Assembly (NCBI GenBank): GCA_902492275.1
Contig: CABUKW010000003.1
Location: 6,756-70,755, forward strand
DNA: 64,000 bases
Direction: 5' to 3'
Source: an uncultured Peptococcaceae bacterium
GTDB lineage: Bacteria > Bacillota > Peptococcia > Peptococcales > Peptococcaceae
Made by a program: the position numbers and the translations under genes. Each line of letters opens with the position of its first letter. The first letter of the stretch is position 1. Shown here piece after piece: positions 1 to 8,587 of the stretch. A model generated the notes under the pieces. The model was not told the DNA's origin and did no database searches. It worked only from the letters and a program-made list of their open reading frames with translations.

Positions 1-421
1 TGTAAATGGTGGAAACGTCCACATTGACGATGTCGCCTTCCTTTAAAACGACATCCGGCGAGGGAATGCCGTGGCAAATTACGTTGTTGATGGAAGTGCA
101 GACGCTTTTGGGAAAGCCCTCATAGTTGAGCGGCGCAGGGATAGCGCCGTGGGCCACTGTAAAATCATGCACTAACGTGTTGATTTCCTCCGTATTCATG
201 CCAACATGAATATGGGCGGCAACATAGTCCAGCACAGCCGTGTTGATGGCAGAGCTGGCCCGAATGCCCTCCAACTCCTTTATCGTGCGGATTGCTTCAA
301 AGTCCGGCACCTCAAAGCCCTTTAAGGCGTAGGTGGCCACCTTGGCGTCCGCGTTGAGATGGCATTTTTTATATTTTAATCCGCTGCCGCACCAGCAGGG
401 ATCATTCCGTCCAATATTCAT
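1..421 (-). CDS. map: Type I methionine aminopeptidase with N-terminal SEC-C zinc motif (N-terminal part only; the rest lies beyond the window start)
   Basis: Manual minus-strand translation from ATG at 421-419: MNIGRNDPCWCGSGLKYKKCH..., then FPKSVCTSINNVICHGIP and GDIVNVDV MetAP motifs. Absent from the ORF track because it runs off the edge. Confidence 0.8.
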   Translation of the reverse strand, partial: MNIGRNDPCWCGSGLKYKKCHLNADAKVATYALKGFEVPDFEAIRTIKELEGIRASSAINTAVLDYVAAHIHVGMNTEEINTLVHDFTVAHGAIPAPLNYEGFPKSVCTSINNVICHGIPSPDVVLKEGDIVNVDVSTIY

Positions 422-533
422 AAAAAGTCACATTCCTTCTTTAGGTAATTTCTTAACAGTAAGTTCACAGCGTTTCTATTATACAATAAAACGGCAGGCA
501 GGGAAAGCACCTGTTTCTTTTTTTCTGGCGACT

Positions 534-881
534 TCATGTTTCAGCCTGCGGCAGACGGTTTTTATCGCCCCATTCGCACATGCCGTCCAAAATCGGGATT
601 AACGATTTGCCCCGCTCCGTTAAGCTATATTCCACCTTGGGCGGAATTTGCGGATACTCTTCCCGATGCACCAGCTGGTCGGCTTCCAGCTCCTTGAGCG
701 AAGAACTCAGCGTTTTATAGGAAATGCCGCCGATATATTTTTTCATCTCGTTAAACCGCACCACGCCAAACTCCATCAGCGTATACAAAATGGTCATCTT
801 ATATTTTCCGCTGATGAGCGATAAGGTATAGCTGAAGCCGGTGGTTTCCAACGATTCGGCAGAAATACAGCGCGTTTCCAT
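534..881 (-). CDS. HxlR-family winged-helix transcriptional regulator
   Basis: 115 aa; LISGKYKMTILYTLME...RFNEMKK...LSSSLKELEADQLVHREEYPQIPPKVEYSLTERG is the typical HxlR signature. Confidence 0.8.
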   Translation of the reverse strand: METRCISAESLETTGFSYTLSLISGKYKMTILYTLMEFGVVRFNEMKKYIGGISYKTLSSSLKELEADQLVHREEYPQIPPKVEYSLTERGKSLIPILDGMCEWGDKNRLPQAET

Positions 882-1047
882 CCAGACACTCTCCTTTGCG
901 TAAGTATATAAAGTCGATGTAAGTATCGCACCAAAATGTGCGTACTTCTCAAACAGTAAATTCTGACTATAATTCTAGTTATAGAAGAAAGGATTGTCAA
1001 TGCAGAAAGAACATAAAATTTGCATGATTGGAAAGGGGAAACTTCAA

Positions 1048-1599
1048 ATGGGTAAAAGGATCATCGTATTAAACGGCAGTTCCCGCAAAAGCGGCAACAC
1101 CTCAGCTTTGGTGCGCGAGTTTGTGCGCGGCGCTGAGCAGGCAGGCAACACGGTAACCGTGTTTGATTTGGGCAGTATGCAGATTAACGGCTGCAAAGGC
1201 TGTTTTGGCGGCGGAAAAAATCCCGACAGTCCCTGCGTACAAAAGGACGACATGGAAAAAATTTATCCGGCTTACAAAGAAGCCGACGTTTTGGTGTTGG
1301 CCTCGCCCTTATATTATTGGACCATAAGCGGACAGCTAAAGACAGCCTTCGACAGACTGTTCGCCGTTGCCGAATGTGACGCCAACTATCGCAATCCGCA
1401 AAAAGAAACGGTGCTGCTGATGGCCGCCGAAGGCTACGGTTTTGAAGAAAGCCAATACTGGTACGACCGGTTAGAACGGCACTTAGGCTGGAAGAGCTTA
1501 GGCAAAGTGCTGTGCGGCGGCGTGATGGAAATTGGCGATATCAAAGGGAGAAAAGAATTGGAGGACGCCTATCGCTTGGGAAATTCCATTCAAGCATAG
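1048..1599 (+). CDS. Flavodoxin-like NADPH-dependent FMN reductase / iron-sulfur flavoprotein family
   Basis: MGKRIIVLNGSSRKSGNTSAL..., ADVLVLASPLYYW. ATG at 1048 follows GGAAAGGGG; the track ORF starts upstream at 994. Confidence 0.7.
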   Translation: MGKRIIVLNGSSRKSGNTSALVREFVRGAEQAGNTVTVFDLGSMQINGCKGCFGGGKNPDSPCVQKDDMEKIYPAYKEADVLVLASPLYYWTISGQLKTAFDRLFAVAECDANYRNPQKETVLLMAAEGYGFEESQYWYDRLERHLGWKSLGKVLCGGVMEIGDIKGRKELEDAYRLGNSIQA

Positions 1600-1633
1600 T
1601 GCAGTTCAATAAAAACGGAGAGGAGTTTTTCTT

Positions 1634-2131
1634 ATGCAACAAATAAACTTACCGAAAGCAGCTAAGCTGACATCACCAAATCCAGTGACGGTTGTTTGCA
1701 CCAAACGGCCCGACGGCGGCACCAACCTGGCCACAGTTTCCTGGTGGACCTATCTATCGTTTCATCCTAACATGATTGCCTTTGCTATGGCGAAAACATC
1801 TTACAGCGGAGAAATGGTGAGGGCACATAAAACTGTAATTCTCACAGTTCCCGGTGCATCTATGGCGGCAGAAGTGATGGGCTGCGGCAGCACGACTGGG
1901 CGGGACACCGATAAAGCAAAAGAGTTTGGAATTGAGTTGAAATCGATCGCAGATTGCGAAATACAAATTCCTGTACACAGTCGTGTAGCCATTGTGTGCA
2001 GCTTGCAGGAGTATTATGAAGTGGGCGACCATTATCTATATATTTGCAATGTGGAGCAGGTATATGGAGATGAAACGGAAGAAGCCTTGTTTGCTTGGAA
2101 CGGGTATGCAGAGTTAAAGCCAGTCAAATAA
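1634..2131 (+). CDS. Flavin reductase-like (FMN-binding split-barrel) protein
   Basis: 165 aa; PNPVTVVCTKRPDGGTNLATVSWWT pattern; RBS GGAGAGGAG upstream. Confidence 0.7.
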   Translation: MQQINLPKAAKLTSPNPVTVVCTKRPDGGTNLATVSWWTYLSFHPNMIAFAMAKTSYSGEMVRAHKTVILTVPGASMAAEVMGCGSTTGRDTDKAKEFGIELKSIADCEIQIPVHSRVAIVCSLQEYYEVGDHYLYICNVEQVYGDETEEALFAWNGYAELKPVK

Positions 2132-2358
2132 TCAAATAAATATAGAAGGTAATCAGAAATAGATGATGACCGATAAAATTGGATAGCGTATAGAAGAAGG
2201 TACATTGCGTGCCTTCTTTTGTTTTATATAACGGTTTTCTGCTAGCGAAGCAATATGGAAGCACAGCACTGGAAAAAGAAAAACATCGACAAAGCAACGG
2301 GCAGATGTTAAACTAAATTTATCGTATAAATTTTGTTGGCAAGGTAAGGAGACAAGCT

Positions 2359-2913
2359 ATGGCATTCTATTTAGTTGATTATGAAAACGTGAATACAGAA
2401 GGGCTGCAGGGCGTAGAGCAGTTGACGGCAGCCGATGAAGTGATTATCTTTTACAGCGAGCACGCAGACCGCTTAACCTTCGATTTACACCGCCGCTTAA
2501 ATGAATCGAAAGCACAGATTCACTATTTTAAAGTGGGGGCTTGCAAAAAGAACGCGCTGGATTTTCAGTTGGTGAGCTATCTGGGCTACCTGATTGCGCA
2601 GAATTCGGGGCAATCCTTTTATATTATCAGCCGCGACACGGGCTTTCAGAGCGTGGTGCGTTTCTGGTCAGAGCAGCAGATTACCGTTGTGCAGACTGGC
2701 GAATTGCAGCCTGCGCAGCAGCCGGAGCAAGCGCCGAAGGACCCGCTGCAGCAACAGGTGGAGGCGCTTTTTGCCGACGCCGGCTTGTCTGCCGTTGTGT
2801 TAGACTGCTTGCGGCGCAGCAAAAACAAGCAGGAGCTGCACAATCTACTGGCGGCCAAGCTGCGCAATGACGGCGTCGGCGACATCTACAAGAAAGTGAA
2901 GCATCTTTTATGA
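2359..2913 (+). CDS. PIN-like / NYN-type nuclease-domain protein (hypothetical)
   Basis: 184 aa; N-terminal MAFYLVDYENV...IIFYS...ALDFQL...YIISRDTGF resembles NYN/PIN-like domains; Q/P-rich linker and helical tail. Confidence 0.45.
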   Translation: MAFYLVDYENVNTEGLQGVEQLTAADEVIIFYSEHADRLTFDLHRRLNESKAQIHYFKVGACKKNALDFQLVSYLGYLIAQNSGQSFYIISRDTGFQSVVRFWSEQQITVVQTGELQPAQQPEQAPKDPLQQQVEALFADAGLSAVVLDCLRRSKNKQELHNLLAAKLRNDGVGDIYKKVKHLL

Positions 2914-2924
2914 GCTGATTCATC

Positions 2925-2952
2925 GGCAGTCCCTTTGGGGGCTGCCTTTTTT
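2925..2952 (+). terminator. Intrinsic terminator after the 2359-2913 gene
   Basis: ggcagtccc-tttg-ggggctgcc hairpin followed by tttttt. Confidence 0.7.
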
Positions 2953-3025
2953 ATGCCGCGATAAAAAAATTTTGGCAGCGCAAGCCCTGTCAAGGAAATA
3001 AAATTCATATTTTTACAAATTTTTC

Positions 3026-3054
3026 TTGCTTTTCTTTTTACTGTACTGTATAAT
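3026..3054 (+). promoter_or_regulatory. Sigma-A type promoter ahead of the rep gene
   Basis: TTGCTT (3026-3031), 17-bp spacer, TG-extended TATAAT (3049-3054). Confidence 0.55.
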
Positions 3055-3123
3055 AAAGGAAAAGAAAAAATTTACAGAAAAGGCAGTCTATTTGCAGCCA
3101 TTTTTTCAGCAAAGGAGAACGGC

Positions 3124-3984
3124 ATGGATCAAAACGAAAGAGAATCTTGTATTGGTAGCTCTATTAGGGGGGTGGACAATACAGCGCAAAGTACTCTCAA
3201 GGGGCATTGTATTGCGGGTTTGGACTGGTTTGAGTTTACGCTCTGGGATTTTTCTGTTTCGGCCATCATGGAGCGGCTTCTCAGGCTATCGCCAGAGCAG
3301 TTTGAAAAATCACGGGGAAGTTATCATGGGTATGGCACCAAGTATACGCTGGGCGATGAGCTGATTACCATTTGGGCCGATGGTGGTGTGCAGCAAGGGG
3401 TTCATGTTATCATAACCGGGCGGGGTTGTGCCTATCTGCAAGAAGTGATGCCCTTTTTGGATTTGCTCATGGCGTTGTCCGCTTTGTGTGTGCAGGTGAC
3501 GCGGCTGGATTTGGCTTTGGATGATAAAACCGGAAATTGGTATACTGTGGCCCAGTTGGTTGACCATGCCCGTAGTATGGAAATTATTAGTCAATGGCGT
3601 GGCTGCGATGTCAGTATGGGTTATTCTTTGACTAGTGGCGAGAATGATAAAGCAGTGATTTATATAGGTTCTACCCGTTCTGATATGTTTTTGCGGGTGT
3701 ACGATAAACGGTTGGAACAGAATGCCCGCGGCGTTCACTGGACAGTGTTGCCGGAGCAATGGACCCGCTGGGAGTTTTGTCTGCGCAACGAAAAGGCCCA
3801 GGCCGTGATGCATAAATTACAGCAGGGCGGCTCGCTGAATCAGCTCTTTGCCGATTTGTTGTCGGAGTCTATGCGTATTGTAAAGGCGGACAAGCAGCAG
3901 ACCAATCGCAGCCGCTGGAAGGTGCGGACAAAATGGCTGCGCTTTGTGCCAGCCATCGCCCAAGCCGACGGTCGTTCCGCCTGA
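3124..3984 (+). CDS. Replication initiation factor (Rep_trans-type rolling-circle Rep) domain protein
   Basis: 286 aa; GLDWFEFTLWD..., VTRLDLALDD, IYIGSTRSDMFLRVYDKRLEQ, WTRWEFCLRNEKA match the Rep_trans layout of phage/ICE/plasmid initiators; RBS AAGGAGA. Confidence 0.7.
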   Translation: MDQNERESCIGSSIRGVDNTAQSTLKGHCIAGLDWFEFTLWDFSVSAIMERLLRLSPEQFEKSRGSYHGYGTKYTLGDELITIWADGGVQQGVHVIITGRGCAYLQEVMPFLDLLMALSALCVQVTRLDLALDDKTGNWYTVAQLVDHARSMEIISQWRGCDVSMGYSLTSGENDKAVIYIGSTRSDMFLRVYDKRLEQNARGVHWTVLPEQWTRWEFCLRNEKAQAVMHKLQQGGSLNQLFADLLSESMRIVKADKQQTNRSRWKVRTKWLRFVPAIAQADGRSA

Positions 3985-4011
3985 TCAAACAGAAAGAGAA
4001 AAAATTGCAAA

Positions 4012-4027
4012 TGTTTCACGTGAAACA
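4012..4027. promoter_or_regulatory. parS (ParB-binding site), perfect 16-mer
   Basis: TGTTTCACGTGAAACA with flanks aaaaattgcaaa / ttttt; lies between the rep stop and the yjbR-like gene. Confidence 0.85.
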
Positions 4028-4070
4028 TTTTTAAAATTTCCGATTAAGAAATTTAGAGGAGTGGAGAATT

Positions 4071-4415
4071 ATGCAAACCAGAGCGGAAGCCATTGCCTGC
4101 TGCCTGCAGTTGCCCGATGTGTACGAGGACTATCCCTTTGCCGATAAAAACTGGACTGTAATGCGGCACCGGCAAAATAAAAAAGCCTATGCCTGGATTT
4201 TTGAACGGCAAGGCCATATCTGGATTAATGTCAAATGCGCGCCGGGCTGGCTGGAGTTTTGGCGACAGAAATACGAAGCCGTTATTCCGGCCTATCACTT
4301 AGACAAAGACCATTGGAACTCCATCATTCTCAATGGCACCGTGGACGATTCCGATATCCGCGACATGATTGGCGAAAGCTACCGGCTCACCGCGCCGAAG
4401 GTGAAGAAAAGATAA
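4071..4415 (+). CDS. MmcQ/YjbR-family DNA-binding protein
   Basis: 114 aa; LPDVYEDYPF...WTVMRH...NKKAYAWIFERQG...INVKC...YHLDKDHWNSI is typical of YjbR. Confidence 0.7.
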   Translation: MQTRAEAIACCLQLPDVYEDYPFADKNWTVMRHRQNKKAYAWIFERQGHIWINVKCAPGWLEFWRQKYEAVIPAYHLDKDHWNSIILNGTVDDSDIRDMIGESYRLTAPKVKKR

Positions 4416-4476
4416 CAGGGAAGGGTGTGTTGTCTGCTATACCGTCGGTAAAGATAGCGGAGGCGCGTTCACTAAT

Positions 4477-4546
4477 CTAACATGGAAAAGCAAGATGGTT
4501 TATGCTATAATTGGGATGATAAATCGGAAGTTGACGGGAGGCTTTT
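4477..4546 (+). repeat. Promoter sub-module, copy 0 (right-hand part of the cassette module only)
   Basis: ctaacatgg...ggtttaTGCTATAATtgggatgataaat resembles 5014-5087 and 5770-5843; extended -10 at 4503-4511; RBS GGGAGG. Confidence 0.6.
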
Positions 4547-4834
4547 ATGTCAAAATTAAGTGACTTAATAAATGCAGAAAATGGATTTCTTGTAAAGTTA
4601 CGATATGAGAATATCTTTGATGAAGCGAAATATTCAGATATTAAAAATCAAATTTTAATTGAAATTCCAACATGGAAAAAACAAGGATTTGTTTTGAATT
4701 GTGATGTTAAAGCGTTAATTGGTTTGATTGATCAATTAGCAGGAGGGAGTCGCTTTTTTGATGAAGAAACAGAAATCAGGGTTGAGGACGCTTGTATGGA
4801 AATAGAAGAAATTGTAAGCTGCTTAGAAAGCTAA
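4547..4834 (+). CDS. Small hypothetical protein (cassette gene 1)
   Basis: 95 aa, acidic, no signal peptide; good RBS; no family recognised. Confidence 0.55.
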   Translation: MSKLSDLINAENGFLVKLRYENIFDEAKYSDIKNQILIEIPTWKKQGFVLNCDVKALIGLIDQLAGGSRFFDEETEIRVEDACMEIEEIVSCLES

Positions 4835-4835
4835 C

Positions 4836-5087
4836 TTCTAGTTTATCAGATAACTGCTATTTGGCTATTTTGATTGAAGCATATCAAAAGCTGTCTTTCA
4901 GCGATATAAACTTTCAGCAGTGCAAAAGGAAAATGGGCGCAATAAAAAAATTGCAAATGTTTCACGTGAAACATTTTTTGCTGTTGGCGTTGGACATGGG
5001 AGTATGCAAGAAGCTAACATGAGAATGCATTGTGGTTCATGCTATAATTGGGATGACAAATTGAGATTTTGAAAGGAGACTAATAGA
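4836..5087 (+). repeat. Cassette junction module, copy 1 (~250 bp, parS-centred, carries promoter and RBS)
   Basis: Differs from 5593-5843 at only about eight positions over ~235 nt by eye. Contains parS at 4958 and TGCTATAAT at 5040-5048. Confidence 0.85.
4958..4973. promoter_or_regulatory. parS, perfect 16-mer
   Basis: aaaaaaattgcaaaTGTTTCACGTGAAACAtttttt inside module copy 1. Confidence 0.85.
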
Positions 5088-5579
5088 ATGATAGATTCTA
5101 TATTTGGTCAAATAGAAAAGGACGAATTTTATTTCAATGGAGATTTCATACTTGAATTTGCGGGTACTGCGTATCCCGTAAAATTATTAATAGAATTTGA
5201 TGATGAACGAATTACACAAAAGCAATATGAAGCATTCCAATGTTTTATGAAAGAATGGCCTGTTTTGCAACCTAAGTTGATAAAAGCGTTAATAGACTAT
5301 TACAACCAGGAAGAACGCTTTTCGTGGGGACCGGATGACGAAGAAGAACTTGCCATATGGTGGCCGGAAATTGAAACGAAAGAAGCTCTTTTACGTGCAG
5401 TAACAGTAGAATCTATCGTAATTCCCAGCGAATATCTTATGGAGGCAAAGGGCGGTCACACTATTTACCTTTTATTTTCGAAAGCATGGGGCGGAGAAGA
5501 TTTGGACGATAATGGAATAGGGGTTGCTTTTTTGAATGAGGAGATTGACGAAATCGCTTACAAAGACATCGCATTTTGA
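5088..5579 (+). CDS. Hypothetical protein, immunity-protein-like small acidic domain (cassette gene 2)
   Basis: 163 aa; RBS AAGGAG; W/E-rich (EEELAIWWPEIETKEAL). Overall look resembles small DUF-type immunity proteins; family not confidently recognised. Confidence 0.55.
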   Translation: MIDSIFGQIEKDEFYFNGDFILEFAGTAYPVKLLIEFDDERITQKQYEAFQCFMKEWPVLQPKLIKALIDYYNQEERFSWGPDDEEELAIWWPEIETKEALLRAVTVESIVIPSEYLMEAKGGHTIYLLFSKAWGGEDLDDNGIGVAFLNEEIDEIAYKDIAF

Positions 5580-5592
5580 TGAAATGACAAGA

Positions 5593-5843
5593 TTCCAGTT
5601 TATCAGATAACTGTCATTCGGCTATTTTGATGGAAGCATATCAAAAGCTGTCTTTCAGCGACATAAACTTTCAGCAGTGCAAAAGGAAAATGGGCGCAAT
5701 AAAAAAATTGCAAATGTTTCACGTGAAACATTTTTTGCTGTTGGCGTTGGACATGGGAGTATGCAAGAAGCTAACATGAGAATGCATTGTGGTTCATGCT
5801 ATAATTGGGACGATAAATTGAGATTTTGAAAGGGGGAGAAAAA
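5593..5843 (+). repeat. Cassette junction module, copy 2
   Basis: Near-identical to 4836-5087; parS at 5715; TGCTATAAT at 5797-5805. Confidence 0.85.
5715..5730. promoter_or_regulatory. parS, perfect 16-mer
   Basis: aaaaaaattgcaaaTGTTTCACGTGAAACAtttttt inside module copy 2. Confidence 0.85.
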
Positions 5844-6239
5844 ATGGCAATATCGAATATAAATACAATTATCAATAGCGATATTCATAAAGTCTGGAAT
5901 ATTGTTTTAGCTGTCGATAAATATAATATATGGCGAAGCGATTTAACTAAAACAGAAATCATAAATGACAAGCAATTTATTGAGTACACTAAAGACGGAT
6001 ATGCTACTAAATTTTCTATTACTAGTGTTGAGCCATATAAACGATGGGAATTTGACATGGAAAATAGCAATATGACGGGGCATTGGGTTGGTACTTTTAC
6101 AGCTAAGGGAAGTGAAACACAAATTGATTTTACAGAAAATGTGACACCTAAAAAATGGTTTATGAAACCTTTTGTAAAAATCTATCTGAAGAAGCAGCAA
6201 GAGAAATTTGTTATGGACTTAAAAAAAGCATTGGAATAA
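5844..6239 (+). CDS. SRPBCC-superfamily (START/Bet v1-like) protein (cassette gene 3)
   Basis: MAISNINTIINSDIHKVWNIV...YNIWRSDL...WEFDMENSNMTGHWVGTF pattern; ATG at 5844 after GGGGGAG. Confidence 0.6.
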   Translation: MAISNINTIINSDIHKVWNIVLAVDKYNIWRSDLTKTEIINDKQFIEYTKDGYATKFSITSVEPYKRWEFDMENSNMTGHWVGTFTAKGSETQIDFTENVTPKKWFMKPFVKIYLKKQQEKFVMDLKKALE

Positions 6240-6242
6240 CAA

Positions 6243-6404
6243 TTCCAGTTTGTCAGGCAGTTGCCGATATTAGATAACTGCTATTTCGCTATTTTGATGG
6301 AAGCATATCAAAACCTGTCTGTCAGCGACATAAACTTTCAGCCGCACCAAGGGAAAAAGGCGCAAAAAATTGCAAATGTTTCACGTGAAACATTTGCAAT
6401 TTTT
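6243..6404 (+). repeat. Cassette junction module, copy 3 (left half plus parS only, more diverged)
   Basis: ttccagttt...gataactgctatttcgctattttgatggaagcatatcaaaacctgtctgtcagcgacataaactttcagc aligns with copies 1 and 2. It ends in a 40-bp perfect palindrome (6365-6404). Confidence 0.75.
6377..6392. promoter_or_regulatory. parS, perfect 16-mer
   Basis: Core of the perfect 40-bp palindrome aaaaattgcaaaTGTTTCACGTGAAACAtttgcaattttt; 17 nt from the convergent brnQ stop. Confidence 0.85.
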
Positions 6405-6408
6405 GTTC

Positions 6409-7734
6409 TTAGAATTTCTTTTGTATGGCGTGTACCAGTGCGCCGATGAGGCCGCCCAGGATAGCGGGAACAATCCAGCCCAGGCTGAGATCGTACAGGG
6501 GCACCAGCTGCAGCCATTGGCTGAGGATACCCAGCGACAGGCCGTAGTTGGCGGCCAACGCTTCTAAGCCGTTGGGAATGCTGATGAGCGCGGTGCCGAC
6601 CAAAATGCCGATATAAATGGCTTGACGGCTTTGCAGCCATTTGTCCAAAAAGGAGACGGCCACCAACGCCATCAATATGGGGTAAACCATCAGCAAAATG
6701 GGCAATGTGATGCTGATTAATTGGGTCAGGCCAATATTGCTGATGAAAAAGCTGAACACGCAAACGGCGATAATTACATGATTGTATTCCAGCTTCACAT
6801 AGGTGCGGCTGAAATAATCGCCGAACGAGGTGGTTAAGCCGATGGCGGTTGTCAAACAGGCGAACAGTACCGCTACGCCTAAAATCAGCATCCCCACTGT
6901 GCCAAACATAGAGTTGGCCACCGCCGATAAAAGCTGACCGCCGTTGGAAAATTGGCCCAGCGCGCTGGAGGTAGCGCCTACATAGGCCAAAATGCCGTAG
7001 ACCACCGCCAAGCCGACAGCGGCCAATAAACCGGCCAGCAACGTATATTTTACGATGTTGCCTTCTTTTTGGATACCCATGCCTTCTACGTTCTCAATGA
7101 CAATGAGGGCGAAAACGCCGGCGGCCAAAGCGTCCAGCGCCTGATAGCCTTCGATTAATCCCTTGAAGAAAGGAATGGAGCCATAATCACCTACCGGCGC
7201 GTTTAACGGACTGATGGGATGAACGATTGCGCTTAGTCCGATAATGAAAATGGACAGCAGCAAAATCGGCGTCAAAATTTTTCCCACGATGTAGACAATC
7301 TTTTGCGGATTGGCCGAGAGAAAATAGGTCAGCCCAAAAAAGACAGCCGTAAACAAAATAGAAAACAGCATTGTGTTGGCCCCTTCGCCTAAAAAGGGCA
7401 GCAGCGCCAGTTCAAAGGACACGCTGCCGGTGCGGGGAATGGCGAATAAGGGGCCGATTAATAGATAAATCAACGCGGCAAAAAAGGCGGCAAACCGCGC
7501 GCCTGCTTTGCTCAGCAATTTCAGCAGAGAACGGCCGGCAAACACAACGGCGGCGATGGTGATAAGCGGCAGCCCCACGTCGGTGGCCACGTAGCCAGCC
7601 AGCGCGGCCCATACGTTGGTACCGGCAGCCTGTCCCATAGCCGGCGGGAAAATCATGTTCCCGGCGCCGAAGAACAGCGCAAAGAGCATGAGCGATAATG
7701 ATAGCAGTTGGGAAAAGGACAATTTTTCTTTCAT
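6409..7734 (-). CDS. brnQ: Branched-chain amino acid transport system II carrier (LIVCS family)
   Basis: 441 aa, about 12 TM segments; LMLFALFFGAGNMIFPPAMG N-terminal signature. Confidence 0.85.
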   Translation of the reverse strand: MKEKLSFSQLLSLSLMLFALFFGAGNMIFPPAMGQAAGTNVWAALAGYVATDVGLPLITIAAVVFAGRSLLKLLSKAGARFAAFFAALIYLLIGPLFAIPRTGSVSFELALLPFLGEGANTMLFSILFTAVFFGLTYFLSANPQKIVYIVGKILTPILLLSIFIIGLSAIVHPISPLNAPVGDYGSIPFFKGLIEGYQALDALAAGVFALIVIENVEGMGIQKEGNIVKYTLLAGLLAAVGLAVVYGILAYVGATSSALGQFSNGGQLLSAVANSMFGTVGMLILGVAVLFACLTTAIGLTTSFGDYFSRTYVKLEYNHVIIAVCVFSFFISNIGLTQLISITLPILLMVYPILMALVAVSFLDKWLQSRQAIYIGILVGTALISIPNGLEALAANYGLSLGILSQWLQLVPLYDLSLGWIVPAILGGLIGALVHAIQKKF

Positions 7735-7980
7735 GACTACCTCCTGTATACAGTATTTCGTTAAAAACTATAAAAAAAGCGGCTTTTCTATAGCCAACGC
7801 AATTATTCTATCACAAATGTGATACAGAAACAACAAGGAAATCATAGAGGTACCGGTGGCGGCGCAAAAAATGCCGACGGAAAAAACAGCTTGTCCTTTG
7901 GAAGTTTACAGGGAACCGGCTGTGCGAGATGTTCGTCTACAAAGAAAGTACGTCTTTATACAAGGAAATGAGGTGTGGCT

Positions 7981-8496
7981 ATGAAAAAATTTTTAGCAGG
8001 TCTTTTTTTAGCAGCGAGCGTTTTGTTTGTAACCGTAACCGCTTCCGCTTGGGCGGCAGAACCAGCGCATCGGCAGGAGATAGGTAATTTTGAAATCTTA
8101 GTCGGCGCAGAACGGGAAGCGCTCGGCCATTTATCCGCGAAGCCCTATTACAAAAACGAAACGCTGATGGTGCCGCTTCGCCCCATTGCAGAAGCCCTGG
8201 GCTATTCTGTCGTCTGGCAGGCGGAAACCGGTCAGGTTACAGTGGAGGACGCTTATACGCAAAAAGCGATGCTGCAGCCCGGAACGAAAATAGTCGCTTT
8301 TGAAGGAAAGCTGACGGTGATTGATTTGAGCCGACAAATAGAAGCGGCGGAAGCAATCGTGATGGATGGAGGCCGTACCTTTGTTCCGCTGGCTTTTTTT
8401 GAAGATTTTTTCAATACAACTTGTTTGGAAGGCGACGCTGTGATAATCGAGCCGGAAATGGCTTATGTACAGGATGAGGAAATGGCTAATCAATAG
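7981..8496 (+). CDS. Secreted copper-amine-oxidase N-terminal (stalk) domain protein
   Basis: Signal peptide MKKFLAGLFLAASVLFVTVTASAWA; LMVPLRPIAEALGYSVVW and GRTFVPLAFF repeats. Confidence 0.65.
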   Translation: MKKFLAGLFLAASVLFVTVTASAWAAEPAHRQEIGNFEILVGAEREALGHLSAKPYYKNETLMVPLRPIAEALGYSVVWQAETGQVTVEDAYTQKAMLQPGTKIVAFEGKLTVIDLSRQIEAAEAIVMDGGRTFVPLAFFEDFFNTTCLEGDAVIIEPEMAYVQDEEMANQ

Positions 8497-8587
8497 CTGG
8501 GATTAAGAATGCTTACACCAATAAAAAGATCGGATATGTTACACTATACAGGTACAGGAAAAATGAGACAACAGGAGCGATGACAAC

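Noticed and set aside
333-602. An 89-aa + strand ORF bridging the map and hxlR-like genes.
   Set aside because: It overlaps the 5' end of map and the 3' end of the HxlR gene on the opposite strand, and it has no RBS or family resemblance.
4792-5022. ORFs spanning the repeat modules or parS sites (for example 4792-5022, 6261-6449, 6370-6567, 3840-4028, 26699-27013, 31124-31372), with peptides QMFHVKHL or ANVSRETF.
   Set aside because: These peptides are simply the palindrome read in its two open frames. Differences between module copies are not biased towards synonymous changes, and no RBS is present.
4477-6404. The cassette array might have been a classical integron.
   Set aside because: No intI-type integrase or attI site was seen. 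Each cassette has its own promoter, and the junction repeat is a parS-centred module rather than an attC-type imperfect hairpin.
7735-7980. A possible T-box leader upstream of brnQ (a GGTACCG-containing stretch).
   Set aside because: The motif is on the wrong strand for brnQ. There is no specifier-loop or terminator arrangement, and the region is short and shared with a divergent gene.
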